Shown here: positions 52,319 to 61,476 of the stretch, one piece after another
Layout: the number at the start of each line of letters is the position of its first letter
Position numbering within the stretch: the stretch's first letter is position 1
Origin: a bacterium
GTDB lineage: Bacteria > UBA8248
Length of the DNA: 64,000 bases
Reading direction: 5' to 3'
NCBI GenBank assembly: GCA_963692865.2
Contig: OY843592.1
Span: 128,001-192,000 of the forward strand
Program-made: the position numbers and the translations under genes
Notes under the pieces: generated by a model
Databases searched by the model: none
What the model was told of the DNA's origin: nothing
What the model saw: only the letters and a program-made list of their open reading frames with translations

Positions 52319-52918
52319 TCAAAAACTCGGCGGCGTGGACACCCACAGGAGCCTCGCGCGCTTCTTGTAGGGGTTCGCCACACGGTGGTTTCTGTCCGAG
52401 GCGAAATAGAACCACTCGCCCCTTTTCGCCTTGGCGCGCGTCTCCCCGAAGGTGATCTGCACCTTGCCCTCCAGGACGTAGCCGAACTCCTCACCCGCGT
52501 GCGCGTCCTCGGCTATCGACTCGCCCGCCTCCATCGTGACGAGGGCGGGCTCCATGTTGCGGTTCGCCGTTCCGGGCACCATGAGCTCGAAGGCGCTCAC
52601 TTCCGCGTAGGTCGCAGCAATACGCGAATCCTCCGGGCCGAAGGCGACTCTCCCCTCCTCGCGGCCCTGAAAGAAGCGGACGATGTCGGTATCGAGCGCC
52701 TGGAGAATTTCGAGCAGGCTCTCCAGAGAGGGGGAGGTCAGGTCGCGCTCGAGCTGTGAGATGAACCCCTTGGTCAGGTTCGAGCGGCCCGCGAGTTCTT
52801 CCTGCGTCAGGCCGTGGGAAAGACGCAGGCCCCGGATGCGCGCGCCCACGCGCAGCATGCTCTCGACGGAGCGGCTCATGCCGGTTCTGTTCGGCTTTTC
52901 CTGGAACTCGTGCGCCAC
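52319..52918 (-). CDS. XRE-family HTH plus cupin regulator (PuuR-like)
   Basis: [28 protein letters not shown]; [12 protein letters not shown]; heads the polyamine operon. Confidence 0.9.
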   Translation of the reverse strand: MAHEFQEKPNRTGMSRSVESMLRVGARIRGLRLSHGLTQEELAGRSNLTKGFISQLERDLTSPSLESLLEILQALDTDIVRFFQGREEGRVAFGPEDSRIAATYAEVSAFELMVPGTANRNMEPALVTMEAGESIAEDAHAGEEFGYVLEGKVQITFGETRAKAKRGEWFYFASDRNHRVANPYKKRARLLWVSTPPSF

Positions 52919-53036
52919 CTTCTCACCCGCTCCAAGTCCGGCCGCTCAGGGGCCTGCGCGAACCGGCGCGACTGTCAGTCCGATCGATCCGACCGCACGA
53001 TTCCGCAAGCTGTGAGGGGGTCGGGCGGTCGAACCG

Positions 53037-53120
53037 GTTGTTTAGCAAAGAATGATTGCAAAAATATGTTTCCTAAACAACAGGGAGGAAATGTATATAG
53101 TTTTTGGGCCCCGGTGTCAA
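53037..53120 (-). promoter_or_regulatory. Promoter and inverted-repeat operator candidate for the polyamine operon
   Basis: TTGACA (53120-53115)-N17-TATACA; perfect 9-bp inverted repeat GTTGTTTAG (53037-45) and CTAAACAAC (53073-81). Confidence 0.55.
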
Positions 53121-53175
53121 TAATTCGCATCGCGCGGGACGCTCCTTTCTGTCCGGTTGTGATTGGCGGTTTTGA

Positions 53176-53516
53176 CGTCATTCCGGCTTTCGCCGGAATG
53201 ACGGGCGTAGGGGCCTGTCCGCTACAAAACCACCCCCCCTACCCCCCCTTGTCAGGGGGGTAAAAGCAATGCGCCCGGCAAAGGATTGTTATAAAAGTCC
53301 ACAGAAGGAGCGCGCCGAATTTCACTCCCCCCTTGCGGGTCGGGCATCTCCTCATCGGGATGCCCGACAACGAGGCAAGGGCAAAGCCCGCAGGCGAGTT
53401 GGTGGGGGGAGCTTTTTCTGTGGCATGTCCCCCCACCGCATCAGCCTTCGCATAAATCGCTCGGCTTCTGTCGGGCTTTCCCCTCGGGAAGCCCGACCCC
53501 CTCAAGGGGGGAGTGA
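53176..53516. repeat. REP-like palindrome cluster
   Basis: GTCATTCCGGCTTTCGCCGGAATGAC; TTCACTCCCCCCTTGCGGG...CCCTCAAGGGGGGAGTGAA. Confidence 0.7.
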
Positions 53517-53701
53517 ATTTCTCTCTCGACGGACGGCAAGAACCCTCGAGGAGGGAGTGATTCGTCCCGACTCGGCAAGGAGTTCCCAACAACCCCGTCC
53601 GGATGACGATTGCGCGGCGTTTTGTTATTTTATGGGCGATTCGGCGCCTCATGGGAGACGCGCCCCTATCGACCATCCATATCGTCTTCATGGAGAGAGA
53701 A

Positions 53702-53953
53702 ATGGCAGCAAACATCGAGGTCTACACCACCGAGCCCTGCACCTTCTGCCTGGCCGCGAAGAATCTGTTGAAAAAGCGCGGTCTCGAATGGACCGAGCAC
53801 CTGGTGTTCGGCGGCACGCCCGAATGGGACGCCATGATCGCGCGCACCGGCGGCAAGTCGGTGCCCCAGGTCGTCATCGACGACGAGGTCATCGGCGGCT
53901 TCCCGCAGCTTCAGGCCTACGACAAGGAAGGAAAGCTGAGCGAGCTGGCTTAA
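53702..53953 (+). CDS. grxC: Glutaredoxin 3-like protein
   Basis: YTTEPCTFC, SVPQVVI, IGGF. Confidence 0.85.
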   Translation: MAANIEVYTTEPCTFCLAAKNLLKKRGLEWTEHLVFGGTPEWDAMIARTGGKSVPQVVIDDEVIGGFPQLQAYDKEGKLSELA

Positions 53954-54024
53954 AGACTGAACCGACAGGGCCGTCCACGCCATAAAAGCGAGGGCGGCCC
54001 GGTTTTTTTGTTTGCGCCCCCATG

Positions 54025-54209
54025 GGGGATTGTTGAAAAAGTCTGTGATAACGGTGACGGGATACCGCCTTGCCGGAGGGTGTGTAGGGGCCGCATATTA
54101 TGCGGCCCACTGTCGGCAGGTGAAAAAGGCAGGGTCGCATACTATGCGACCCCTACAACTTCACATCCGTCGAACCGAATGACGAAATCAGGGGTTTTTC
54201 AACAACCCC
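54025..54209. mobile_element. MITE (IS1182/IS5-like ends) with a CATG target duplication, carrying a GTAG-REP doublet
   Basis: CATG|GGGGATTGTTGAAAAA...TTTTTCAACAACCCC|CATG; internal GTAGGGGCCGCATATTATGCGGCCC and GGGTCGCATACTATGCGACCCCTAC. Confidence 0.75.
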
Positions 54210-54314
54210 CATGGGCGGCGTTTCACCGAAGCGCCAAAGAAGATACCCTGTCCACTCTCTGACAACACACGAAGCCGCCCCGAGGGCGCGGCTTCGAGCC
54301 GGGAGGAAAGCGCC

Positions 54315-55751
54315 ATGCCGCTCATGAGTCCGAGTGAATACAAGCGAAGCCTGAATGACGGCCGCGTCGTCTACTACCGGGGCGAGCGGGTGGAGGACGT
54401 GGCCGCCCACCCCGTCATCGGCGTCGCTGTCGATCACGCCGCCATCGACTACGAGATGGCCGAAGACGAAGCAGACAAGGAACTGGCCTTGGTCGACGGC
54501 CCGGACGGCCCCTACTCGCGCTACTACCACATCCCCGAATCCGCGGACGACCTCCTGAAGCGCAGCGCCCTCATCGAACGCGCCACGAACTTAGGAGGAA
54601 CGCTCGTCGTCCTGATCAAGGAGATCGGTACCGACGCGCTGTTCGCGCTCCGCCTGCTCGCCTCCTACATGGACAAAAACATGGGGACGAGCTACCTGGA
54701 GCGCGTCCAGAAATTCCACGACCACTGCCGCGAAAACGACCTCGCCGTCGCCGTCGCCCAGACCGACGTGAAAGGCGACAGGGGCAAGGGACCCGCCGAT
54801 CAGGCGCATCCCGATTACTACGTCCGCGTGGCGGCCCAGGATGAGGAGGGAATCACCCTGCGCGGGGCGAAGGTGCACACTTCCGTCTCTACCAATGCGC
54901 ACGAGATCATCGTGCTGCCCACGCGGAACATGCGCGCGGGCGATGAGGCCTACGCGGTGGCCTGCGCCGTGCCCGCCAACGCGCCGGGCCTCACCATGCT
55001 GGCCAGCGGCTACGGGGGCAGGAAGGGGACGGCGTTCGAAAACCCGATTTCCTCCAAGCACAAGATGATGGAGACGCTCACCGTCTTCGACGACGTGAAG
55101 GTTCCCTGGGAGCGCGTTTTCCTGAACGGCGAGGTGGACATGGCGGGGCCGCTTGCGAAGACGTTCGTGGAGTTCCACCGCTTCACCGCCGTGAGCTACA
55201 AGCTGCCGCTCGTGGATCTGTTCGTGGGCGCGTCGCACCTGATGGCGGAGTACAACGGCATCCTGCGCGCGGGCCACGTGCGCGACAAGCTCGCCAGACT
55301 CATCTCCTACGCGCAGATCTGCCGGGGCATGACGCGCGAGGCCGCGCGGGAATGCAAGGTCATGGACGGCGTCGCCGTGCCGAACGCGGAGATCATCAAC
55401 ATCGCGAAACTCCACTTCGCCACCGGCTACCACCAGGCGCTCGCCTGGGTGCAGGACATCGCGGGAGGGCTGCTCGTCACCGGCCCGAGTGCGGAGGACC
55501 TGGACGACCCGAGGCTCGGCGAGCTCATCGACAAGTACCTGGGCGCATCCCCCGCCGCCTCGACCCTGGATCGCTTAAGGCTCATGAACCTGATCGCGGA
55601 GATCACGGCGTCCGATTTCGCGGGCTATCAGGCCGTGCTGGCGATTCACGCGGAAGGCAGCATCGAGGCGGAGAAGATGACCATCTGGCGCGAGCACGAG
55701 GTCGCCTCATCAATCGACTACGCGAAACGCCTCGCGGGCATCGAACAATAG
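54315..55751 (+). CDS. HpaB / 4-hydroxybutyryl-CoA dehydratase superfamily flavoprotein
   Basis: YYRGERVEDVAAHP, AQTDVKGDRG, RGAKVHT, VFDDVKVPWERVF, DIAGG, HAEGS. Confidence 0.85.
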   Translation: MPLMSPSEYKRSLNDGRVVYYRGERVEDVAAHPVIGVAVDHAAIDYEMAEDEADKELALVDGPDGPYSRYYHIPESADDLLKRSALIERATNLGGTLVVLIKEIGTDALFALRLLASYMDKNMGTSYLERVQKFHDHCRENDLAVAVAQTDVKGDRGKGPADQAHPDYYVRVAAQDEEGITLRGAKVHTSVSTNAHEIIVLPTRNMRAGDEAYAVACAVPANAPGLTMLASGYGGRKGTAFENPISSKHKMMETLTVFDDVKVPWERVFLNGEVDMAGPLAKTFVEFHRFTAVSYKLPLVDLFVGASHLMAEYNGILRAGHVRDKLARLISYAQICRGMTREAARECKVMDGVAVPNAEIINIAKLHFATGYHQALAWVQDIAGGLLVTGPSAEDLDDPRLGELIDKYLGASPAASTLDRLRLMNLIAEITASDFAGYQAVLAIHAEGSIEAEKMTIWREHEVASSIDYAKRLAGIEQ

Positions 55752-55762
55752 GAGAGCAAGGG

Positions 55763-56470
55763 ATGGATCCGACCCAGGCGCTCGTCGCCATCTGGCTGAA
55801 CGTCGCCGAAGAAAACAAAGAAGAGTTCAGAAAGTGGCACAACTGCGAGCACTCCACCGACAGGATGGACGGCCCCGGCTTCCGCGCCGGCTACCGCTAC
55901 AACGCGGTGGATGAGAACACGAATCACAACATTCTCTGCACCTTCGAGGGCGACACCCTCGCGGCGTTTGAGAGCGATTACTACAAAGAATCGCGTGACA
56001 ACCCAAGCCCATGGACCAGGAAGTGCATGGCCTTCATCAAAAACGCCGAGCGCGCGGTCTATAGCCTGCAGGTCTCGATCGGCGCGCCGCACCGTTTTGA
56101 TGCGCCCTGGCTCTACATGGTGAGCCCCAATCCCGAGAGTGAGGAGATGAAAGAGGAGATGCTCGCCTGGTACCGCGAGGAGCACCTGGAGCGCCTGTAT
56201 GAAGTCGATGGCATGACGCGGGGGCGCGTGTACCAGCTCGAAACCGGCGCGACGGGCGGGGCGACGGCGGAGGCGGAGATACAGGAGACCCGGACGGGCG
56301 CGCGGCGCATCATCGCGGTCTACGAGGTGGAAGACCCCGCCATCCCGCAGTCTGACGCCTGGGAGGAAGCCGCCTACGGCACGCCCAGAAGCGCAGCGAT
56401 GCGGCCGAATCTCAAGAACGCGGTGCGGGAGATGTGGTGGCTGGATTTTGTGAAGTGGAAGAGGGGGTGA
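55763..56470 (+). CDS. DUF4286/EthD-like dimeric alpha+beta barrel protein
   Basis: Starts MDPTQAL; duplicated W(H/Y)..EH..R....G motif. Confidence 0.65.
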   Translation: MDPTQALVAIWLNVAEENKEEFRKWHNCEHSTDRMDGPGFRAGYRYNAVDENTNHNILCTFEGDTLAAFESDYYKESRDNPSPWTRKCMAFIKNAERAVYSLQVSIGAPHRFDAPWLYMVSPNPESEEMKEEMLAWYREEHLERLYEVDGMTRGRVYQLETGATGGATAEAEIQETRTGARRIIAVYEVEDPAIPQSDAWEEAAYGTPRSAAMRPNLKNAVREMWWLDFVKWKRG

Positions 56471-56494
56471 GGGGATGAGACCCTAATAACTTAG

Positions 56495-57325
56495 GTGAAT
56501 ATAATGTCAGATACTACACGTTTTAGTTTGTTGACTATTATCGAAGCAGCTAACTTACTCACTTATCTAACCCAAGCAGAATTTAATAACTTTCTTCTCC
56601 GGTTATCTGTCGACCAATATGTACCCATGAGGCTAGATATAAGCAAGGATAACAAGGCAAATAAACTAATTGAGTTCGCCAAAGAAAATCCACTCCACCA
56701 AACTGTTTTAGGTTCGAATTTAGTGGATGAGATAGTGGAACGAGCAATCGATATAGTGAAGCAAATAAAATGCTCGGGGGGAAATAGCCAGCAATATGAA
56801 ACCTTTATTCATTCTCTGGCACGAGATGGATTCACATTAACGGATGAGGAGATACTCCAAAAAGCTCTTCCTCCAATAGCCGATCTTCCTGAAGCCGATG
56901 ACGAACTCCACGAACTCCTAGACAAACTCAACATGGCTCAGGCCAAAGGGCATTTGGATCAAGCCATTGACAATCATTCACGAGGACAATGGGCAGCGGC
57001 CAACGGGCAATTGAGAACATTTCTGGAAGATCTATTTAATGAAATATTCCGGCGCCTGGAACCGACGAGGGCCAACGACCAGTTGTCCAGCGAGAATCGT
57101 AGAGAGATATTGGCATCAAGACAATCACCCTTCTTTCAAGAATCACTGGGCGAGTCGGGCCAGCAAGGAAAGAATTTTGTGAATGGCGTATTCAAGCGAC
57201 TTCACGGAAAAGGGTCGCACCCAGGACTCTCTGACGAAGAAGACTGCACCTTTCGACTACACTTGGTTTTGATAGTGGCACGGTATTATTTGCGGAGAGC
57301 ACAGCATTACATAAACACACCATAG
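56495..57325 (+). CDS. Abortive-infection-like protein (AbiJ-type N-terminus, HEPN-like C-terminus)
   Basis: AT-rich; LARDGF, GHLDQAIDN...WAAANGQLRTFLE, KRLHGKGSHPG. Confidence 0.55.
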   Translation: MNIMSDTTRFSLLTIIEAANLLTYLTQAEFNNFLLRLSVDQYVPMRLDISKDNKANKLIEFAKENPLHQTVLGSNLVDEIVERAIDIVKQIKCSGGNSQQYETFIHSLARDGFTLTDEEILQKALPPIADLPEADDELHELLDKLNMAQAKGHLDQAIDNHSRGQWAAANGQLRTFLEDLFNEIFRRLEPTRANDQLSSENRREILASRQSPFFQESLGESGQQGKNFVNGVFKRLHGKGSHPGLSDEEDCTFRLHLVLIVARYYLRRAQHYINTP

Positions 57326-57469
57326 TCTAGAAATCACACGAATAACACCGCGGCACTCAATAGGACAACATCTATTGGCGTTTGTACGAGACGCTGTTCA
57401 AATTTTCGAAGAAGAGGAATGAGGCAACACAAGCTATTGCAATTCCACCCCCACGAGGGTCTCTCAGTC

Positions 57470-57595
57470 CGTCATTCCGGCGCATGCCGGAATCCAGTGA
57501 CTTTGTCTTTGGTTTTGCGCTTTACCGTTGTTTATGGACGCCCAGCGGAGTCAACATCCTTATCGGCTCTGGATTCCGGCATGCGCCGGAATGAC
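57470..57595. repeat. Inverted pair of the GTCATTCCGGC...GCCGGAATCCA repeat between convergent genes
   Basis: GTCATTCCGGCGCATGCCGGAATCCAG and CTGGATTCCGGCATGCGCCGGAATGAC. Confidence 0.8.
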
Positions 57596-57635
57596 GAGCA
57601 AAGTCAAAACCACCTTCCCGTAAGTGATTCGCCGT

Positions 57636-58997
57636 TCAGAAAAGACCTCGCTCGAATTTGTCTTTCGCCAAGTATTCACGTACCAGTTCCACCGACCAGG
57701 GTTCCTTGAGTTTGTTGTTCTTGACATCTTCGACGAGCGTATCGACGGACGCGAAACTTCCGCTGAGAGACGTTCCGCGCCTCTCGAAAAATTCGGTTCT
57801 ACTGAGCACCACAGAAACGTCGTTTTCAGGCGCGCGCCATTCATACACGATAGCAGCGTGTTTCGAAGCTCTCTCGCCATCGTCGAAATACACCGCGCCA
57901 ATCAACCTCATCGATGAGGGTTCGAGTTGGAGCCGCAATTCCTCCGCGAGTTCCCGTACGGCGCAGTTGACGAGCGGCGCGCCGCCTACGGCATCCTCGC
58001 ATCGAACATGCCCACCGGCCCAGATCACGATCTTCTCATGAAGGGGATTATCGCTTCTTTTTTCACGTCGGCGGAGACGAAGTACGTCTCCGTCCGCATT
58101 CCGAACAACGACCACGGGAAGCGCCTGGACGCGAGAAGCGTCTGTTTCCACTTCATCTCTGGTCCTGAAATTACTGTCCTCACTTTCTTCGAAATGCCGC
58201 GCCAGTTCATCCGCTTTGGAAGCGTCAACAAAGCTCTTGTCTCCAAACAAGTCTTTTACGGTTTTCCTGGAGCATGAAAGTATGTTTTCCGCGAGTTGCT
58301 CTTCCACCAGGCCGAGAATGACATCGGTTACAGTTTCCGCCGTAGATTCCCGATCCAGGCCGGCGGCCCCGCTGGACGTATCGATGGTATGAATCCGGAA
58401 ATCCTCTTCGAGTTCCTTGGCGCAATCTTTATTCACTTCCCTGATTTTGCCAAGAATCTCAAGATTCATAATGGAGCCTTCTTTCGCGTTCGCAGGCCTG
58501 ATTCCCTGCTCGCGCGTCATCGCATCCTTCGGAGATACAAGCATCACAAACACGGCCGAGATGCGCTTCCTCCAGTCATCGATTGTCAGAAACTTTTGGA
58601 TTATTTCTTTTTCTTCTTTACGCAGGCGAGAGAGCCGCTCCATCATGGTCAACCAACAGATGGAATCGAAAAGCCCTCTGTCGAGAAAAAGAATCTGCGG
58701 ATCGTCATCCCGCGGCGGGTTTTGCGTCTTTTCCAGAATCTGCGCGAGCGTCGTGCATGCGGTCCAGACGTTGAAATTCGCATGCTTCTTGTCACGAATC
58801 GGGCATTCAGAAGCGCGCTCGATGACGATATCGGTATGAAAACCACAACGCTTGAGAAACGTCTGCACATGCGTAAGCGTCGTCGTCTTCCCCGCTTTCG
58901 GGACTCCCGCGAACTCTATGACCAACGGTTTGCGCGCCTTTTCGGCAAATTGTCCGGCCAAACGCTCTGCGCGCTCCTGAAGATTCTCCATGTGCAT
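57636..58997 (-). CDS. Thymidylate-kinase-like P-loop domain fused to a Nudix hydrolase
   Basis: IEFAGVPKAGKTT, FLDRG; Nudix box GGHVRCED...AVRELAEELRL. Confidence 0.75.
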   Translation of the reverse strand: MHMENLQERAERLAGQFAEKARKPLVIEFAGVPKAGKTTTLTHVQTFLKRCGFHTDIVIERASECPIRDKKHANFNVWTACTTLAQILEKTQNPPRDDDPQILFLDRGLFDSICWLTMMERLSRLRKEEKEIIQKFLTIDDWRKRISAVFVMLVSPKDAMTREQGIRPANAKEGSIMNLEILGKIREVNKDCAKELEEDFRIHTIDTSSGAAGLDRESTAETVTDVILGLVEEQLAENILSCSRKTVKDLFGDKSFVDASKADELARHFEESEDSNFRTRDEVETDASRVQALPVVVVRNADGDVLRLRRREKRSDNPLHEKIVIWAGGHVRCEDAVGGAPLVNCAVRELAEELRLQLEPSSMRLIGAVYFDDGERASKHAAIVYEWRAPENDVSVVLSRTEFFERRGTSLSGSFASVDTLVEDVKNNKLKEPWSVELVREYLAKDKFERGLF

Positions 58998-59337
58998 TTA
59001 TCCCGATTAAGCACTGACTTACCGCGGCGCATTATTTCTTGATGATATCTCTCCAGGACTTGTTGAAATTATAGGCTGCCTTTTTCAGAAAACCATAGAT
59101 GCTTTATATTCCCGACGCACTTTTGAATCAAACCCGCATCGTGGTGCGGACAAGAAATTTCCCGACCTATTACGGATTGTTCTACTGCAAACCCGCCGCA
59201 ACACCCGCGAACCGGCAGCTTCAAAAAGAACGAAACGCACTGCGCGTATCCAGCGTCTTACTGATCATGTATTTTGCCATCCGTTCCAGTTTTCGCAATC
59301 ATCGCGCCGATGCGCCGCCGATAAAGGAAAACCAACC

Positions 59338-59514
59338 ATGCCGCTCACGCGGGATTTCAGGGAAACGATTCAGGCGCGGGTCGAGCGCGACTCAGGCTTC
59401 CGGCAGGAGCTTCTGAAAAAGGGCGTCGAATGCCTGCTCTCGGGCGAGGTGGAAGTCGGCAAAGCGGTGCTTCGCGATTTCATCAACTCGACGGGCGGCT
59501 TTCATCAGTCGTAG
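59338..59514 (+). pseudogene. Truncated addiction-module antitoxin/HTH regulator
   Basis: MPLTRDFRETIQARVERDSGFRQELLKKGVECLLSGEVEVGKAVLRDFINSTGGF then stop before the HTH; followed by repeat DNA. Confidence 0.65.
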
Positions 59515-59866
59515 CAATCGCTCCCTTATCGGGGCTGCTGAACAACCCCGCATGCGTTCCCTGCAATGGACGCGGCAATGACTCCGCTATGAAAGGCGCA
59601 GACCCGCGAGCGCCCTTCGACAGGCTCAGGAATGCAGTTCCTCCTTTTTCAGTCGGAACTGACCTTCGGCGGCCAGCCAGGATGAGGCGGAGAGAGAGAC
59701 CGCCGCGCGGAGTGAGGCGGAAGGGGAGGCTGCCGCCTGAATGCCACGCCCCATCGGTTGCGAGACGAAATCTCATCTCTCCTTCGTGCGTGTTATCGAA
59801 ATGCAATGCTTCCAGCGAAATTTCCTGATATCTATAAAAAATAAACAAAATGCCCCTCAAAAAAAA

Positions 59867-59973
59867 TTGACATTCCGAAAATACGAAGCATAAAATCAAC
59901 ACAATACAAGGGAGGTGTTGTTTTTTTGACCATTCAAAGGATTTGACCATTCAGGATTTGACCATTCAAAGGA
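59867..59973 (+). promoter_or_regulatory. Promoter and triple direct repeat in the RiPP precursor leader
   Basis: TTGACA-N18-TAAAAT (59867-59896); TTTGACCATTCA(AA)GGA x3 at 59925-59973, the last copy merging with the RBS. Confidence 0.65.
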
Positions 59974-59981
59974 GGGTAGTC

Positions 59982-60233
59982 ATGAGAAGCGGCGATGAAA
60001 TGCTGAAGCAGGTTGTCGATAAGTCCGCCCTGGACGCGGATTTCAGGCGGCAGTTGCTCTCGGACCCGAAGTCGACCATCAGTGAGGAATTGGGCATTAC
60101 GATTCCCGATTCGATGAACATCATGGTCCACGAGAGCGACATGCAGACGGTACACCTCGCGTTGCCCCCGGACCCGAACATCACCGAGGAGCAACTCGAA
60201 GCCATCTCGGCCGGCCTTTGCTGCTGCTGGTAG
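59982..60233 (+). CDS. NHLP-leader (proteusin-type) RiPP precursor with core LCCCW (SrpE-like)
   Basis: DADFRRQLLSDPK leader, VHLALPP, EEQLEAISAG cleavage motif, then LCCCW*. Confidence 0.93.
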   Translation: MRSGDEMLKQVVDKSALDADFRRQLLSDPKSTISEELGITIPDSMNIMVHESDMQTVHLALPPDPNITEEQLEAISAGLCCCW

Positions 60234-60287
60234 ACCAGAAACACCTGCCGGCGTGCGGATGCCTCGTATCCGCATGATTGAAAAGGT

Positions 60288-60326
60288 CAAAAATCCCCCC
60301 GCTCAACTTTGACGGGGGGATTTTTG
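60288..60326. terminator. Bidirectional intrinsic terminator
   Basis: CAAAAATCCCCCCG...CGGGGGGATTTTTG between convergent genes. Confidence 0.8.
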
Positions 60327-60348
60327 CTTTGCCTTGCTGAAGTGGGTC

Positions 60349-61467
60349 TCAGGTTGAGAGCGCTCCGGAAAGCACCATGAACACATAGGCCTTGGCTTGC
60401 CTGAGCCGATTTCCGGATATGACCAGCTTTATGTGGTGAATACCCCGCAGCAGTATAAATTGCCCGGATTTTGCGAAAAGCGTCGTCGGTTTCGAAACCC
60501 AGTCGGCAAGCGCCTCAATCTTCTCCGGAACAACAATCTCCTCATGGCGCAGGGCTTCCAGAAGGGGGAACCAATCGGTCAGGCCGTCGAGAAAATAACG
60601 TGAATCTTTCGTATATCTCCACTTGACGATGGGCGTCAGGCCGAGCGTCGGACCGACGCCCTCTTCCCGCACGTCGACGTTCGCTCCGGTCCTCACGACA
60701 TTCGCGCGTTCCCTGAAGCGCGTGAGCACGGAATCGACGGCCGATATGTCCCCCGGCCAACCGATATTCTCGAGATAAGAACAAATTTCCCCCTGCGATT
60801 TGAAGCCCATGACCGCCAGACGGGTCGTGCGTTCCCGAGACGGGAATACCCCGAACGAGTCCAGGCGCGTGTCTTCGGGCTGCGCCAGGTAAACCCGTTC
60901 GGCGCTTTCCCGTTCGGCGGCAATCTTTTCCCAGCCGAGGCAGGAGACGAGGGCTTCGACCACGATCCCTACGTCATTCTGGAGACCCGCGCCGCCGGAC
61001 AGCGTGCGTTCATTGGGCCGCAGGAACATTCCCGGCAGCGAATTTTTACCGCCCGGCGCAGAATCGATATCGTACTCCAGCATCAATTTGCGTCCCACGA
61101 TCTCCCGCAGAGGCGAGTTCGGCGCTTCCATTTCCCGGAACAGCCGCCTGACCGCTCTCGCCGTCTCATCCGTCTCGTCGGTCCGCGCCAGATCTTCGAA
61201 AAAATCGCCCGATCGGTTTCCGCTCGCCAGCGAGACGCCGAAATCCGCCGCCGGCCGAGCGTCATGCAGAGGCAGTTCGAAACCGAACGGCTGGGCGCCC
61301 ATGGTTACGGGAAGCCGGCTCGCGCGTTCGAGTATGCGCTCCCACTCCCGATCTCCGATAAGACTTGGAGAAATCCTGTTTCGAAAGCGCCCGAGCAATT
61401 CAGCCATCGCGCCGCCCTCTTGGACGAGACGGTCCTGGGTAAGCGCGACTGCTTCGTCGATATCCAT
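60349..61467 (-). CDS. Uncharacterised RiPP-associated enzyme, possibly ABBA/PT-barrel prenyltransferase-like
   Basis: FGFELPL, LMLEYDID, RGIHHIKLV...AKAYV (terminal KxY strand); 9 nt downstream of the YcaO gene. Confidence 0.5.
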   Translation of the reverse strand: MDIDEAVALTQDRLVQEGGAMAELLGRFRNRISPSLIGDREWERILERASRLPVTMGAQPFGFELPLHDARPAADFGVSLASGNRSGDFFEDLARTDETDETARAVRRLFREMEAPNSPLREIVGRKLMLEYDIDSAPGGKNSLPGMFLRPNERTLSGGAGLQNDVGIVVEALVSCLGWEKIAAERESAERVYLAQPEDTRLDSFGVFPSRERTTRLAVMGFKSQGEICSYLENIGWPGDISAVDSVLTRFRERANVVRTGANVDVREEGVGPTLGLTPIVKWRYTKDSRYFLDGLTDWFPLLEALRHEEIVVPEKIEALADWVSKPTTLFAKSGQFILLRGIHHIKLVISGNRLRQAKAYVFMVLSGALST

Positions 61468-61476
61468 ATCGCCTCC

